Assembly: GCA_951406725.2 (NCBI GenBank)
Contig: OX597816.1
Location: 59,024,001 to 59,088,000, forward strand
DNA from: Octopus vulgaris
Taxonomy: Eukaryota
Length of the DNA: 64,000 nt
Direction of reading: 5' to 3'
Shown: positions 40,286-54,429 of the stretch, in pieces
How positions within the stretch are numbered: position 1 is the stretch's first letter
How the letters are laid out: each line of letters opens with the position of its first letter
Program-made: the position numbers and the translations under genes
Notes under the pieces: generated by a model
What the model was told of the DNA's origin: nothing
The model's database searches: none
What the model saw: only the letters and a program-made list of their open reading frames with translations

Positions 40286-40378
40286 CATATATACACACAC
40301 ACATGCATATACATATACACACACACATGTATATATACACACACGACCGCACATACATATACACACAAAAAAATATAT

Positions 40379-40414
<36 letters not shown>

Positions 40415-40589
40415 CCACATACACACATGCACACACAACACACAAGTCCCTATATACACATATATACATATACACATACATATATATATATATATACATA
40501 TATATATTTATATATACATATGTGTACCTATACATACCTACACATACACACATATATATACATACAAATACAAACCCATTCCCTAATTT

Positions 40590-40649
<60 letters not shown>

Positions 40650-43031
40650 TGTATGTATGTACATGTATGTGTGTGTCTGTGTGTATTTGTATCCGTCTTT
40701 GTCACCCTTACCACTACAACTTGACAACCGACAACCAGTGTTGGTTAGTTTACATCTCCATAACTTAGCAGTTCAGTAAATGAGTCCAACAGAAGAAAAA
40801 CCACACTTAAAATATATATATTGGGATCGATTTCCTTGACTAAAACCCTTCAAGGCAGTGCTCCAGCATGGCCGCAGTCAAATGACTGAAGCAAGTAAAA
40901 TAAGATAAAATATATCTGGACAGTTAACACTGACCACATGCCATACCATTTAATGCATCTACATTCACACTGTTCCATCAACTACAGAATGGCTGTGAAT
41001 TCATTTCTTTGTTCATGTGACTCCTCCAGCACATAGCACTCTTTCCTTATTTTAAATGAAATCTTTAACTCTGAAATCCACTCCTGCTCAACTCTCACTC
41101 TACTGTAATCCATACAGCTATGAGCCAAGATGGTAGCCTCTTCATGATGGTTCAACCTGTTAAAAATAGCAGCCAAATAATCTTCTAATATACTTTGTCA
41201 TCTTTAAAATAATAGTACATTGGATAATGTTGTTCGTAGTACACTATGCCTAAAAATGTTTAGATGGTCTTGGGTAAAGTGCCTTTTATCATATCTCTAC
41301 TCAGTTAGGTCTACTTAGTGCTAAACAACAACACTATAACCAAGTATACTTAAACTTAACTCTAAATATTATCATGTTTAAAAAAACAAACCTATTTGGA
41401 GTTTTGTCAGTTTTGTGCGAAATCTCCCAGGTAACACATTTCTTTGAAACATGACTCATTTGAAACAACTACAGATACAACAGAGATAATAATTTTCCCT
41501 GCTAGATATGATTTGTTTTTCTATGAACCAGAAATAAGGCTTACAAGGAAGAGATGGCTTCCCTTTGCAAATACCTGAAGGGCACAGAAAGTGTGTCTAA
41601 AGCCAGCTGGAGACGTCGATCTCCTGGGGCTAAAAGCTACAGTAACACCCCCACTTTGTGGTTAGCCATATTGAGATGGCTTTTATACTTTACGTTGTTG
41701 AGCGGTTACTGTTTACATCTCGCTCTGAGATTTAATAAGAAATATATAATCTCGTATAAATTTGTAAAGAGTCGTTGGGATATTTACTTCACAAACAAAA
41801 CACAGAACTTAGAAAGTCTAGAAAATGTCACCCACAACAGCCAATATTTTTAAGGTTTACTGTAAGATGGTATATTAGAGAAACAAAAGACATTTTTACA
41901 AAAATATTAATTAATGTGAAATAGCTTCATCTGGGATTGAAATCTTGAACAATGATAAGAACTCAAAAGCAATTTTGATTTTCACATTTCTCATAGGAGT
42001 AGGAATGGGAGTGTGGTAAGAAGTTTGCTTCCAAACCATATGGTTTCAGGTTCAGTCCTACTGCATGACACCTTGGGAAAGTGTCTTGTACTTTGGTTGT
42101 CAATCAAAGCGTTGTGAATGGATTTGGTCATCAAAAACTGAAAGAAGCCCATCATATATATGATGATATCATCTTGTCAGATAATAGCCATCTCACATTA
42201 AATGATAGCGGGGCATCTGTACATCACTGGATTTAAGTGACAAAAGCTTGTACAACACTTTTACCATTTTCTCAGTCACTATAATGAGTTCCATTGCAAG
42301 ATGATTGATACTATTTTAACTGCAGTTTTATGTCAGAGTATCTTTCTCTTAGAAGAGTTGCCTTCTTCTTGGCTTTGTTAAAAATAACAAGAGCCTCTTC
42401 TACTCCTGGAAAACTTATTTAATCCATAGATGGGGCCCTGATAGGTACTATTATTCCCAGTCAGAATGGACCCAGGATTAATGGTAATTTATGAGGGACT
42501 CCACACTCCCCACATCTCAAGAACTCCAGAACTGGAGCAGCACCACCAGAAGCATTTTAAATGCTATACACAGGGCATTGTTGTTCTTGGCATTCTTTTG
42601 TCTTGGGAGACAATGGAGTTGCACATAAACTAATCCAGTCTGGTTTTTACATTTCATGTCCTCTCTAGTTTCCTCTCCAGTTCTGCGCAGGCCTGGGCTA
42701 GATGTAAGAAAATCCTGGGTAGCCCAATCGTCAGGATTCCTCTCTCGACCTTGCTGATGTAGTCCAAAGGAGTGCAGAGCATCACATTTGGCACCAGCTT
42801 GGTTGCAGGAGCTGCCGGGAGAGTGTTGAGTCGAACACTAAATCACCTACAGGGCTCCACTCCGGATATCTTTGAAGGTTGTCTCCTTTCCGTAACCCTG
42901 GATAGGGGCCCATACCAGGTACTGTCAGCCAGAGCCAGCTGAGCCCGGGACTCATGTCAGGCAGGGTTGTCACTCTCTGAAGTAGTGAAGAAAATCACTA
43001 CCCACTACCTAAGCACATAAGATTTTATGTA

Positions 43032-43064
<33 letters not shown>

Positions 43065-44097
43065 GTGCATGTTTGTGTATGTGTGTGTGTTTTTGTGTGT
43101 GTGTGTGTGTGTGTTTGTGTGTGTGTGTCTGTGTGTGTGTGTGTGCATGTGTTACTGTCTTCTTTCCTTGACATCATGTGATTGTTGTAAGCAAGTATCA
43201 CTGTCATATAAGTTGTGTACTTTATTTCCAATCTTCCAAGACATGTCTAGTCATAGAGAAATATTACCTTACTTGGAAAGAGATGAAGGTTAGTGACAGA
43301 AAATCTGTAGAAAATCTACTTCAGTGGATTCTGTCCAACTCATGCAAACATGGAAAAGTGGATTTTAAACAATGATGATGATGATGATGATGATAATGCT
43401 GAACATTGAGACAAGATCATATATTTGATAAACCTATGCTCATCCCAATCCATCATGAATCCATTATGGCTTTTCTGTTGCCATGTTTCAACTGCATCTT
43501 CTCAGCCTTGCATCTTGAAGTTCCCACACAGTCAAATAGATATCTGAATAATATCTTAAATAGATATCTGAATAATATCTTAAAAGTTTACTCACTATGT
43601 ATTTATAACCATAACGCTTTTGGACTAATGATTCAAAACATTTGATTTATTAGCTTCATCTTTCATGCTTCCCTACATTTGGAGAGGGTATAGCAACAAA
43701 ATGGGATTATATGCTCAGCAAATTGGAAAATCAAATTATTATTACAATAACTTATTTCACAAGTATAGTTTCTTGAGATTCAAACAACCAAGTCTCTGTG
43801 GGTTTATACTTATAAGGCATTAGCTTAGTTCCCACTTCAAGTTAAATCTGCTGGATATTTCTTCAAAAATAACATTTGAACGATGAATTCTAGGTTTAAC
43901 TTGAGCTATTTCTTTGTATTTAGTTTTGTATTTTCTTCCACTCTAAGACAGAAATCCTCTGTCTTATCATTGACTTTGATGGCCAAGATATCACCTCTCC
44001 TCCAAGTTCTCGTCATAAAACTCACTGTTAGGCACCACTTTGCTATCAACCTAATTAAAATCCTTATAATAATTAATAATCTCTTCTACTTCTTCAG

Positions 44098-44236
44098 GTA
44101 CTTGATGCCATCGTTGTTGTTGTGTCTTTTACACTGGATATTGTCTTCTCCTTTGTTGATGTTGCCCAAGCAGCCAAAGACGCCGCTGGTTTGATGGTTA
44201 TGTTAAGATTATGGCGCATCACTCGAATTATCAATG
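44098..44236 (+). CDS. HVCN1: Hv channel exon: S3-S4 with the RxWRxxR signature
   Basis: Acceptor cttcttcag|, donor G|gtatgt. Reads [47 protein letters not shown] versus human ILDAVVVVVSFILDIV...LLRLWRVARIING. Confidence 0.95.
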
Positions 44237-45559
44237 GTATGTAACATAAATACTAAAATAAAAAGGTGTTTGATAGAAAGTTTAAAGTTTCATAATATTT
44301 ATACTGCAATCTAAAACATGCATCTGAAGTTCAAATCATTTAAGTTTCATCCAATAATTTTTTTGTTATAAATACAATGATCACAAGAAAGGTATAAATA
44401 CCACTACAACTTGGTTACCCACATTCTTGAGGTTTCATGCTTAATTTAAACTAAAATTTAGTTTAAATTAAGTTAGCTAAATGTTAAGAAAATGTAAAGC
44501 CATATATGAAAGGATATTGTCCTTTTAAGTATGGTTTTATATATTTCTAATAAAACTAAAGTGTACAACTCTAATCCTACCCAGAGTGGATCGCTCACAG
44601 TTGTGCTGCAGCATTTAAAGGAAAAATCAATGCTTTCAATGCCATTACCGACTGGCAGGCATTGAACCACTTCTGCACCATCTGAAGATGACCATCACAC
44701 ACTTTGTTGTCCCAGACATAACAAAGCCTTCAAATATGTTAAGCATAGAAACCTATCAGCTTTAGTTTTCTCTTAGTTTCTTCCAGCAATGTCTCATTTA
44801 TTCAATCTAAAGTTTTCCTTCCATTACAGTGTGCTTTGCTCTCTCTCTCTCTCTCTCTCTCCAACCCACAATGTATCAACTCCGGAAATACCACAAGGTT
44901 CAATAATGTTTCTCCACATTCTTCATTCTATATTCCTGACTTATTCACTACTAGTCCCTAATCATACAAACTCCTACACAAATAGTACCGACCTTCATTT
45001 ATACTTAACTACTTTATGCATATCTACATTCAACCTAGATATTTTATGCCAGATTTGCAGTGCTTCCAAGAACAGTTCCCACAACCTAGTCTTGTTAAAC
45101 ATCACCAATCCACAATCTTTACACATATCAAAGATACAGTCTTACACTGCAACCTCCTTATAAGTAAATACATAGTTGAAATCTTTAAAATCATTATAAA
45201 CACTGAACCTCACATTTTTTAACAACTCCCCATGGTGACTTCACATGTGATGATGGCAGTTTTCCATCTTCAAAGATCATGAGGAAGAGTGGAAAACCCT
45301 TAAGTGGCCACCTAAACCAATCCATGAATGACAGGCTCTGGCACACTTAAGGCAAATGTGCAGGCTTTTGTTAGACAAATGTCATGACAATGACTTTCTT
45401 TCTTTGGCATGTCTCATTTGCTGCAGTTACTCTTGCTTACTCAAAATTGTCTGTAATGGTCTGAATACAGTATTACACCTCCTTCTGTGTTGCAATTCCT
45501 TTGCACCCTGTGGTGTTCATCTCTGCCTCAGTGAGATAACATTTCAGCTGGTCTTGTAT

Positions 45560-45830
45560 AACATGGTCAGAACTACATCCAAAAGACCAGGGTTCTCATT
45601 CATGGCCAAAAGATACTATCGCCTGGCTGAGTTACTACTGACTTTCAACAAAGGTCGAATATAACCTACCTTGGAATATTGCTCCCATATCTGGGATGAA
45701 GCTACTGTTACACATGTACACACACAAACATTCTTGATAACTTTCAAAGCAATGCTATTTGACTGATTGACCAAAAACTCACTCATCAACATGTTGCAAC
45801 CAGGACTTAGGGATATAATACCCTACCTCT
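45560..45830 (+). mobile_element. Decayed CR1/Jockey-type RT C-terminal fragment
   Basis: LLLTFNKGRI*PTLEYCSHIW resembles the RPxLEYCSxVW motif. Confidence 0.5.
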
Positions 45831-46525
45831 TTTACTCTTTTCATCACTACTGTACCTCACTACTCCAGAACCTGCATCTAACATTTTCCGCAATCATTTA
45901 TTTGTAGAACTGCTCTGATCTCTAAAATTCTTTCCCTCACACCTTTGATGTACTTACATTTCAACTCGCTACTTTGTTTTAGTTCCAATGTATTATTGCA
46001 AACACTCTTGTTCATAATGCCTCAGTTTTAGTGTTTAAAAATACAGATATATTAAATTTAAATGCATCCAAATAACTAGAAATAAAAGTATTTGAAAGTA
46101 ATGAAAAGGTAGGTTCATCATCATCATTATCATCATCATCCTTTAACATCCACTCTCCATGCTGGCACAGGTTGGACGGTTTGACATTGAGCTGACTAAC
46201 AGTTATATAGTTACATACAATTATAGAGTTATATTCACTGCTTCCTGCTGCAACCATCCATGAGTATATTGGTTCCCCCATCTCATCCAACACACACTGG
46301 GACTGTGTAGATATTAAGGATGCTTCACGTCCTTCTGTGACTAAACTATAATAAAGTCATATGGGATAGAAAATAGAACAACACAAGTGAGGTTTAGCCC
46401 AACGTAAACTAATTTTATAATGATTCATCTCAGAATGTCATAAAAATGGTATTAAAACTCAGAAATCTGAAGAAATGAAATTCCAGATGATCGTCAGTCA
46501 TAAATGGATGTTATGGACAGAGGCC

Positions 46526-46680
46526 GAACTAATTAAAAATGTTATAAACTGAAAGTGAACTAATTAGAGAAGCTACTAAAAGTGACTGAACTAACTGAGA
46601 ATTCTATAATATGAAGTTGAACTAATTAAAGATGCTATAGATATGATGTTGAATAAATTAAAGAATTATTAGATTTTTGA
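46526..46680. repeat. Degenerate ~31-bp tandem repeat, about 5 copies
   Basis: Recurring gaactaatta.a.a.gctata...tgaagtt. Confidence 0.6.
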
Positions 46681-48841
46681 AGCACAATAATGTTCGTTAG
46701 TGGCATTGGTTATAAGAACTGATAATTATTGCATACAATTATTGTAATAAAGTTGTGTGGTATTTATTTACTAGAGGGGATACGTGGCTTAGTGGTTTGG
46801 GTGTTAGGCTCATGATTGTAAGATTGTGGTTTCTGGACCAGGTGATATATTGTGTTTCATGTTGTTCCTGTCCACTCAGCTGGTAAGACTGAGTAATTCT
46901 GCAACAGACAGCATCCCATCCAGGGAGGAAAATATACACCAGAGAAACTGGGAAACTGTCCCTATGCTCCTTACAGAATAATGTGGAGTAACCATAATCA
47001 TAACCATTTATATATTGCTCAAGAAATATAGCTACATTTGTAATATGAAATAACTGAGAATCATAAGGGAATTGTGAACTTGCTTTTCCAAGCACTCAGC
47101 CCTTCACATTAAACAATAAAATAAATTGTTTTTTTCCAAATTAAAATAGGGAACCCTGATATATCTCTGTGCAGTCTACATGAAATGATATCTCACTGTA
47201 AGATCTCTTAATCTGTTAGATTAAGCAACAGGAGGAAGTGGGACAAATTATCAGAATGCATTGAGCAGAATACTTTGCGATACCTGTTCCTAGTCTCTGA
47301 ATTCAAATCCCACCAAGGTCAAAAACTGCAAATCCAGAACAATGGATTGGAAGCACAGTTTCAGGCAAGATGTATTGAGGTATCTGTTCTTGGTGGAGTA
47401 AAAGCAACTCCTGAATTGACACTAGGGTCAGTTGAATCAGCCCAAGTTGAGAGCTTTTTCTTAACATTAGAGGCATAGAGATGAGAGGCTATGTAGATGG
47501 GCAACCATCAGTCTTCCTCAAAAAAAGAAAATAGAGAAACGTCTTATCCAAGCCTGTGTATACATGTACAGATACATGGTAAACCTTGACTGATGGAGGC
47601 CTAGGAAGGGGAGAGAGAGAGGGGGAAGATGGAGAGAAGGAGAGAAAGAGAGAGAGAGAGAGAGGGACTGGTCTTGGTTAAATTTGTTCCAGTATGTGAA
47701 TTCCAGTTTATTTTCATTGCAGTCAGCCAGGTTTATGAATATATCATAGGATATTTGAACATATATATACCATCAAATTTGATCTGATATCAAGTGTTGA
47801 AATGGGGATTATTGTATCCTATTGTAATCATATTGGTCATTCAGTACATTGAATTCTTTCCTTGCCTTTCAATGTGTTCTTTGGCAATATTGAATTAAAA
47901 TAAAAGTGGTGAGCTGACAGAATTAATAGCATACTGGTCAAAATGCTTAACAGAGTTTCTTTCAACTTTATATTGTGCATTCCAATTTCACCAAGATTGA
48001 CTTTGCTTTTCATTCTTTTTGAGTTGGTAAAATAAGTACCAGTAAATCACTGGGATCAGTGCAATCAACTACCCTCCTCCCATTAAATTTCAGGTTTTGT
48101 GCTATAGTAGAATAATTAACTTGAAATTAAAAAAGTAACAAAGCAGTAACTTGAATAGTACATGTGTTTATTAAATACCAAATATGACTTCACCAATAAA
48201 AAATGAAGAATTAATTGTCATTAAATTATTGTAAACTTATAAAAGTTAACTAAATTCCCTGGTCTTAATTACAAAATCAACTCAAAAAGAAAAGTGGTTT
48301 GAACAGAAAAATCAAAATTAGTAGACATAAAGTTTATGTTTTATATATTTATTGATTTTCTCTTGTTCTTGTGATGGTTATGGAAGTTAGAGTCTTCAGT
48401 CATCTCCATAGAGTTCTATGAGAATAAACTGTCATTAGATTTTCTGGTTGGATTCCTAACTGAACAACTGAGACTATGGATATAATAATCAACCATCATG
48501 TTCTTGGTCTAGCCTTAAGTTTCCAGCTGGTTGGCTCAGCTTGAAGAATCCATCTTGTGATTCTTTCCTGCGACATTCTAATCACGTGTCCATAGTACTA
48601 GAGCTGTGACTTCTCAATGCAGAGAAGTATCAGCTCGACTTAGAAAGACTCCCTGACCTTTCAGTTATGCACCCTGTTTCTAAGTCTATTTATGTCTGAT
48701 AAATTTTGTAATATTTTATGATATTCCTCACACTTTTAAATCTAGATTTAATGTGGGGTTTTCTTGTTTCTTTTTGTTTTATTATGCATTCTCTTGGACA
48801 AAAATTTACCAAGGCCCAAATGTTTGAATATTTCTTCACAG

Positions 48842-48957
48842 GTGTGATCATTTCAGTACAAATGGAAGCAGAAAAGAAAATTAATAAAGTAGAAAAATTA
48901 TTACATGCTGCCGAGAACGAGAATGAGTATTTACGAGAAGAAATTGCCAAATTAAAG
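48842..48957 (+). CDS. HVCN1: Hv channel exon: end of S4 and coiled coil
   Basis: Acceptor ttcttcacag|, phase 1, completing Gly; donor AAG|gtaagg. Reads GVIISVQMEAEKKINKVEKLLHAAENENEYLREEIAKLK (human GIIISVK...), with a heptad-like charged helix. Confidence 0.92.
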
Positions 48958-50141
48958 GTAAGGAAATGTGATTAATATAAAAATATATTTAATAATGAAT
49001 TATATTGGATGAGCAGAATCTGTAGAGCATCAGATAAAATCATCCTCATCATTATCATCATCATCATTGTTTAATGTCTACCTTCCATGCTACATGGGTT
49101 AGACAGTTTGACAGGAGGTGACCTGGCAGGAGCCTGCACCAGACTTCTGCGTCTGTTTTGGCAGGATTTTTATGGCTGGATGCCCTTCCTTACACCAACC
49201 ACTCTATAGAGTGGACTGAGTGCTTTTTACTTGGCACTAGCACAGTTTGACATGGTTTTTTACAGCTGGATGCCCTTCCAAACATCAAACACTTTACAGT
49301 TGTGGACTGGATGCTTTTTAAGTGGAACCAGCACCGGCAGGGTCACCAAGTAACTTGCAAGACAAGGATCCTTTGCAAGGGGAGGAGGCATTGGAGGAGG
49401 GGATTTGTCAGATGATGAAAGGTTATAGTGAGACAGAGAGACAGAAACAGATGTCTTGCTGTAGAGGAGGTATATGGTTACTTGGCCAGAAAGAGAGAGA
49501 GAGAATAGGAGAGAGAGAGAAGGAAGAAGAAGAGAGAGAGAGAGGGAGAGAGAGAGGACAAATGAAAGGAAGTAATTTATATCAGATGAACTGCAGAAGA
49601 CAGTAGCTGTTGAGGGGTTAACTGAATGCAATAAATATCTAAGAAACTGGAAAAAAATGTTGTAAATAACAACAACAACAACAACAATAATAATAATATT
49701 CTGCTCAAAACCACAGATTTGCAAGCCAGTTGTTTGACCTTAACCAGCTGAGCATGTCTCTTGGTGGCTGGCAATATATGCATCTCTGATCATGAGCAGA
49801 AGTAGTGGACGAGCATCATAGCCATGTGTTGGGAAGAATCCTTTGGGGTTTGAATAATTCGCTTCCAGAAATATGGGTGTTTCATTCATCATCCTTAAAC
49901 AAATCTTATTCAGAGACCTTTTGAGTAGGATGCGCCACTGAACCTGAGAAAATTCTAACTAGGCCCCACCAGCAAGATCATGTGCTGTTTATCTTGATAT
50001 GAGTTCACCATGTTGAATATGTATGGTTGTGATGCATGTGCCCTGTGTACTCGTATCAGATGGGTAGTCATGATGGGTGTGGTAGGCTTCATATATTTGT
50101 ACTCTAGTGTCACTTTTATAGCATACACTGCTCTCTCACTC

Positions 50142-50179
<38 letters not shown>

Positions 50180-50180
<1 letters not shown>

Positions 50181-50628
50181 GCCTTCAAAATTTGCCACAA
50201 GGTTAGCAATTTCAAGTGTTGGAGTAAGTTGATCACATCAACCCCAATGTTCAAACGTGCTCAACTTATTTTATCGACCCCCGAAAGGATGAAAGGCAAA
50301 GTCAACCTCAGTGCTATTTGAACCCAGAATGTAAAGATGGCTGAAATACTGCTAAACATTTTGCCAGGCATGCTAACAGTTCAACTAGCTCACCGCCTTA
50401 ATAATAATTATAATGGTTTCAAATTTTTCCACATGGGCAGCAATTTTGGGGGAGAGGATGAGTTGATTACATCGACCCCAGTGTTCAACTGGTACTTATT
50501 TTATCGACCCCGAAAGGTTGAAAGGCAAAGTCAACCTCAGTGGAATTTGAACTCAGAACATAGCGAGAGGTGAAATACCACTAAGCATTTTGCCCGGTGT
50601 GCTAACGATTCTGCCAGCTCACTGTCTC
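50180..50628 (-). mobile_element. Two tandem family-A SINEs (a similar pair lies at ~56098-56490)
   Basis: ttttatcgaccccgaaagg..gaaaggcaaagtcaacctcag occurs twice. Confidence 0.8.
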
Positions 50629-51449
50629 ATGGCACTTTTAAACACTATGGCCAAACACCAAGAAACCCCCAAATATCACAACTACTAAAAATTGTTCTTT
50701 TGCATACAGCCCTCATCCCAAGAAAAACATTGTCAACCTGAAAATAGCTGATTCTCTTAAATCTCTTTCAAAACTGAATTACAAATTTAACAGAATATTA
50801 TTTCTGACATTCTGGTCTCCTTTTCATACACTGTATCGTTGCTAATCATAAATAATACCCATCCAAAGTCTGTGGACTTGGAGGTTTCTGAGTGAGACTT
50901 GGAACAGCTCATATAAAACAAAACAACATAAAAAATAATAACAACAATAATTGGATGCATTGGGGAAATTTCACATTTTATTAATTTTCATTTATTTTGA
51001 CTCTAATGGGTGTTATGTCCGTCTGTCTGTCTGTCTGTTCCCTCTTCATGGTCAAATGGTTGGACCAATGGTCACGGTGTTTTTCAGAATTATGAAGGAA
51101 GCAATCAGGAAGGCTTTTAGTGAAAACAATGTGAAAAAATATGATTATTTATTGGATATTGAGTTTTATATGAATAAATCACCTTAGATTTTTTTTGTTA
51201 AAATTCCAGTGACAAGGATTAACTCTGGATTACCCCCCCCCCCCCATGAATTTAGAGGGTTTAGATTTGTGATACTATCCCTTTATTTCCCATCATAGAT
51301 TGGCAGATTTGTCATCTTACTATAATGGGCATTATGTCTGTCTGTCCATCTGTCCATCTTTTTGTCAGTTCTCTCCTCATGGCCAGATGGCTGGACCAAT
51401 GGTTACAATAATTTCCAGAATTATATATATACTCACACGTATACATACA

Positions 51450-51930
51450 TCCACACATATCAACACATATATGTATATATATACATAAACATGCACGAAT
51501 ATATTAATAGGTATGCACACTCACACATACATGTGTGTATATATATGCGTTTACTCTTTCTACCCATCGCCCCTAAGAAGAAGTTAATATAGATCCATGT
51601 GGGTCGATTATTTCTGATTGGTTAATGAAATTTTTTATTATTTTGTTTACTCCATATGGTTTCAAGGAAAGCATATTTGTTTTTAACAATTTAATCAAAT
51701 ATACTTTCCTTGAGATGCTATAGAGTAAAGAAAATAATTCAAAATTTCATTAACCAATCAGGACCAATGAACCAACATGAATCTATGTTAACTTCTTAGG
51801 GGTGATGGGTAAAAAGTGTAAATGCATGTATATACATACATATATATGTAAGTGTGCATACGTATTAATGTATCCGTACATGTATATGTATATATATGTA
51901 TATGCATGGATATGTGTGGATATATGTATA
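51450..51930. repeat. Diverged foldback element (~230-bp arms, ~16-nt spacer)
   Basis: acccatcgcccctaagaagaagttaatatagat...ctgattggttaatgaaattt is mirrored by aaatttcattaaccaatcag...atctatgttaacttcttaggggtgatgggt. Confidence 0.75.
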
Positions 51931-52297
51931 TGTGTGAATATATGCTTGTGTCTCTGTGTATATATATGGACATATGGATACATATATATATGTGTGTATA
52001 TGTATATGTGAATACTTGCATACATACAAATTTTCATAACTTTATTTATATCTTATAAATGAATATTCCATTCTTTTATTAACTATAAACTTACCTTATT
52101 TATATTTAAATTTTCTCTATCATCTCTATTTAATTTATTCATTCATTGTTCTAATTCAATTTACCTGCTCTATCTTATCTCCAATCAAACTGTAAACCCC
52201 TCATCTGAACATATAACAATACAAATCATAAACCATATCATTCAGTCTGCTATGATGAATCCATAAACACATAAAACATCCAAAGGAATTTTTTTCC

Positions 52298-52370
52298 CCC
52301 TCTGAAGATATTATGCTCATATCATATAAATTTAATATTTACTGAGTATTAATTGAAACGGCTGTAAGGG
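52298..52370 (+). ncRNA. Hammerhead ribozyme motif next to a Penelope endonuclease fragment
   Basis: ccct CTGAAGA t attatgctca...tgagtattaat t GAAAC GGCT GTA aggg. Confidence 0.65.
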
Positions 52371-52439
52371 ATGATGATTAATTTTCTGTTAAAAATAAAC
52401 AATTTTTAACTTCCCAATCTCCATTTGCTTTGTCTTCTT

Positions 52440-52931
52440 TTATATATACATATATGTAACTACCATCTTGGGTCCATCTGCCCTCTACAAACCCAATGTA
52501 AAAGATCTAATGTAATTTATAAATGCACCATCCTCAGCACATTACACAATTCTACAGCTATATATATAGGATCGACCATAAATTTTAAACAGCAATATGC
52601 CACTCATCTCAATTCTTTTAGACACAAGAAACACAGTAAATCCACAACACTCGCCAGTCACATACATCATCTCAAAAATAGGAATATTCCCTTCACTTTG
52701 TCATGGTCCATAATAGATTCAGGGCTTCTATACCAAGGTCAACACTTAGCCTGTAAGTTATGCCTAAAAGAGGTATTCCACATATTAAATCACAACTCCT
52801 TGACACTACTAAATAAATATAATGAAGTCCTAAGTACATGCAACCACTGCTTTTTTCATACCTTCAAATTTTACCAGAAATCTATATGCAACCTAAATAA
52901 CCACACAGCATGTATCCACAACATCCCTTAA
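52440..52931 (+). mobile_element. Penelope-like element GIY-YIG endonuclease fragment
   Basis: CPLQTQC...NVIYKC...IYIGST.NFKQQY..H..SF...TTLASHIH.LK....FTLSWSII...CKLCLKE...LLNK...C.H; a hammerhead motif lies just upstream. Confidence 0.85.
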
Positions 52932-53696
52932 GTAATCCTAAACAACCCTACTTAATTTTCCCTTGCCTCCATTTTAATTTTTAATCTTTAATTTGTTAAC
53001 TCCCTTATCTTACTTTAAGGATCTCAGTCATTTAATACTACATATTTGGACATACAAGCCAATAATGTGTGTGCATGTATTTTTATGTATGTAAGTATAT
53101 GTATGCGAGTATATGTATGTGAGTATATGTATGTATATGTAGATATATATATATACATATATATGTATATGTATGTATATATATATATATATGTACATGT
53201 GTGTGTTTCCATGTATATATATGTGCATATGTATATACAAATATATATGAGTGTGTGTGTGTATGTGTGAAAATATGTATACATAAGTACCTGTATACAC
53301 ACGTGCATGTGACTATGTGTAAGTGCAATTTAAGTACTGATAATCTTTCATATGACCTCAGAATTGTTGGTCTCTTATCCCTCAACATTGGTCTCTTATA
53401 CCTCAATAAAGACATGGAGCGGAAACACAGTATACAAGTAAAATGTATGGATGATGCTAACAGGAAATATAGCTACTGATGGGTGCATTATATCATGCCT
53501 CATATCAAAGGGTATGCTTTTGCCTACCAAGGGCAGAGATAGCCACAAAACACATAATAACCAATGAATTTAGTGAATCCCTTAAACACCTGAAATGGGA
53601 TTGAAAATGTTGATTATATTACACTTCTGTGAAAAACATTACACATTTGTTCAGTAGCTTCCCTAAAATGTCTTTCCACAAAAGAAGTATATATAT

Positions 53697-53911
53697 TCGT
53701 TTCTACCCAAGGCACAAGGCCCGAAATTTTTAGAGATGGGGACCAGTTGATTAGATCGATCCCAGTATGCAACTGTTACTTAATTTATGAACCCCGAAAG
53801 GTTGAAAGGCAAAGTTGACCTCAGCGGAATTTGAACTCAGAATGTAAAGACAGACGAAATACCACTAAGCATTTCACTGGCATGCTAACATTTTTGCCAA
53901 CTCACTGCCTT
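53697..53911 (-). mobile_element. SINE family A
   Basis: 14-bp TSD agaagtatatatat at 53683-53696 and 53912-53925. Confidence 0.85.
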
Positions 53912-54429
53912 AGAAGTATATATATGTTGTTTATACTACATGCATATGTATATAGTTGTTTATGCAGTATGTATATTGTTTGCTAAAGCAATATACAATG
54001 CAACAAATCAATACAAACAATATTGGTAGAATATTACTATCAAAACTTCTTTCAAGTGCAAACTTAACAGGTCTGATATATTTGTCTAAGACAGAATAGA
54101 AAAATTCTGTACAGCTGTAGATGTCAGCTGCTCCAAAGCTGTGAGTAAGTATGGATAATGGCTTTGAAACTTACAGCTTCTGTACCAAGATTGCAAATTT
54201 ACATTTATATAAATACTCACTGTTGTATTTGATTCTGCTAGTAAATACTTAAGGGACGATCTGGAGAAGTTGAGATTTGGGGTAAAAGAAGTAACCAACC
54301 AGCACACACTTTGTAACCACAATCTATAAGCAAAAACAAAAATATGCAAGACTTTTCTGAACTCCAGTGAAATAACACTTCACAGTCTGATGTGAGATCC
54401 TATAATAAAAATATGTATATTACAACAGG

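Noticed and set aside
41551-41682. 10-bp direct repeat gagatggctt as a TSD
   Set aside because: Similar sequences bound the related copy at ~11791-11920, so it is internal to the element.
44098-44236. Alternative assignment to TMEM266, a voltage-sensing phosphatase or a Nav/Cav/TPC voltage sensor
   Set aside because: The S1 Asp, [16 protein letters not shown] and a coiled coil directly after S4, with no pore or phosphatase domain, are diagnostic of Hv.
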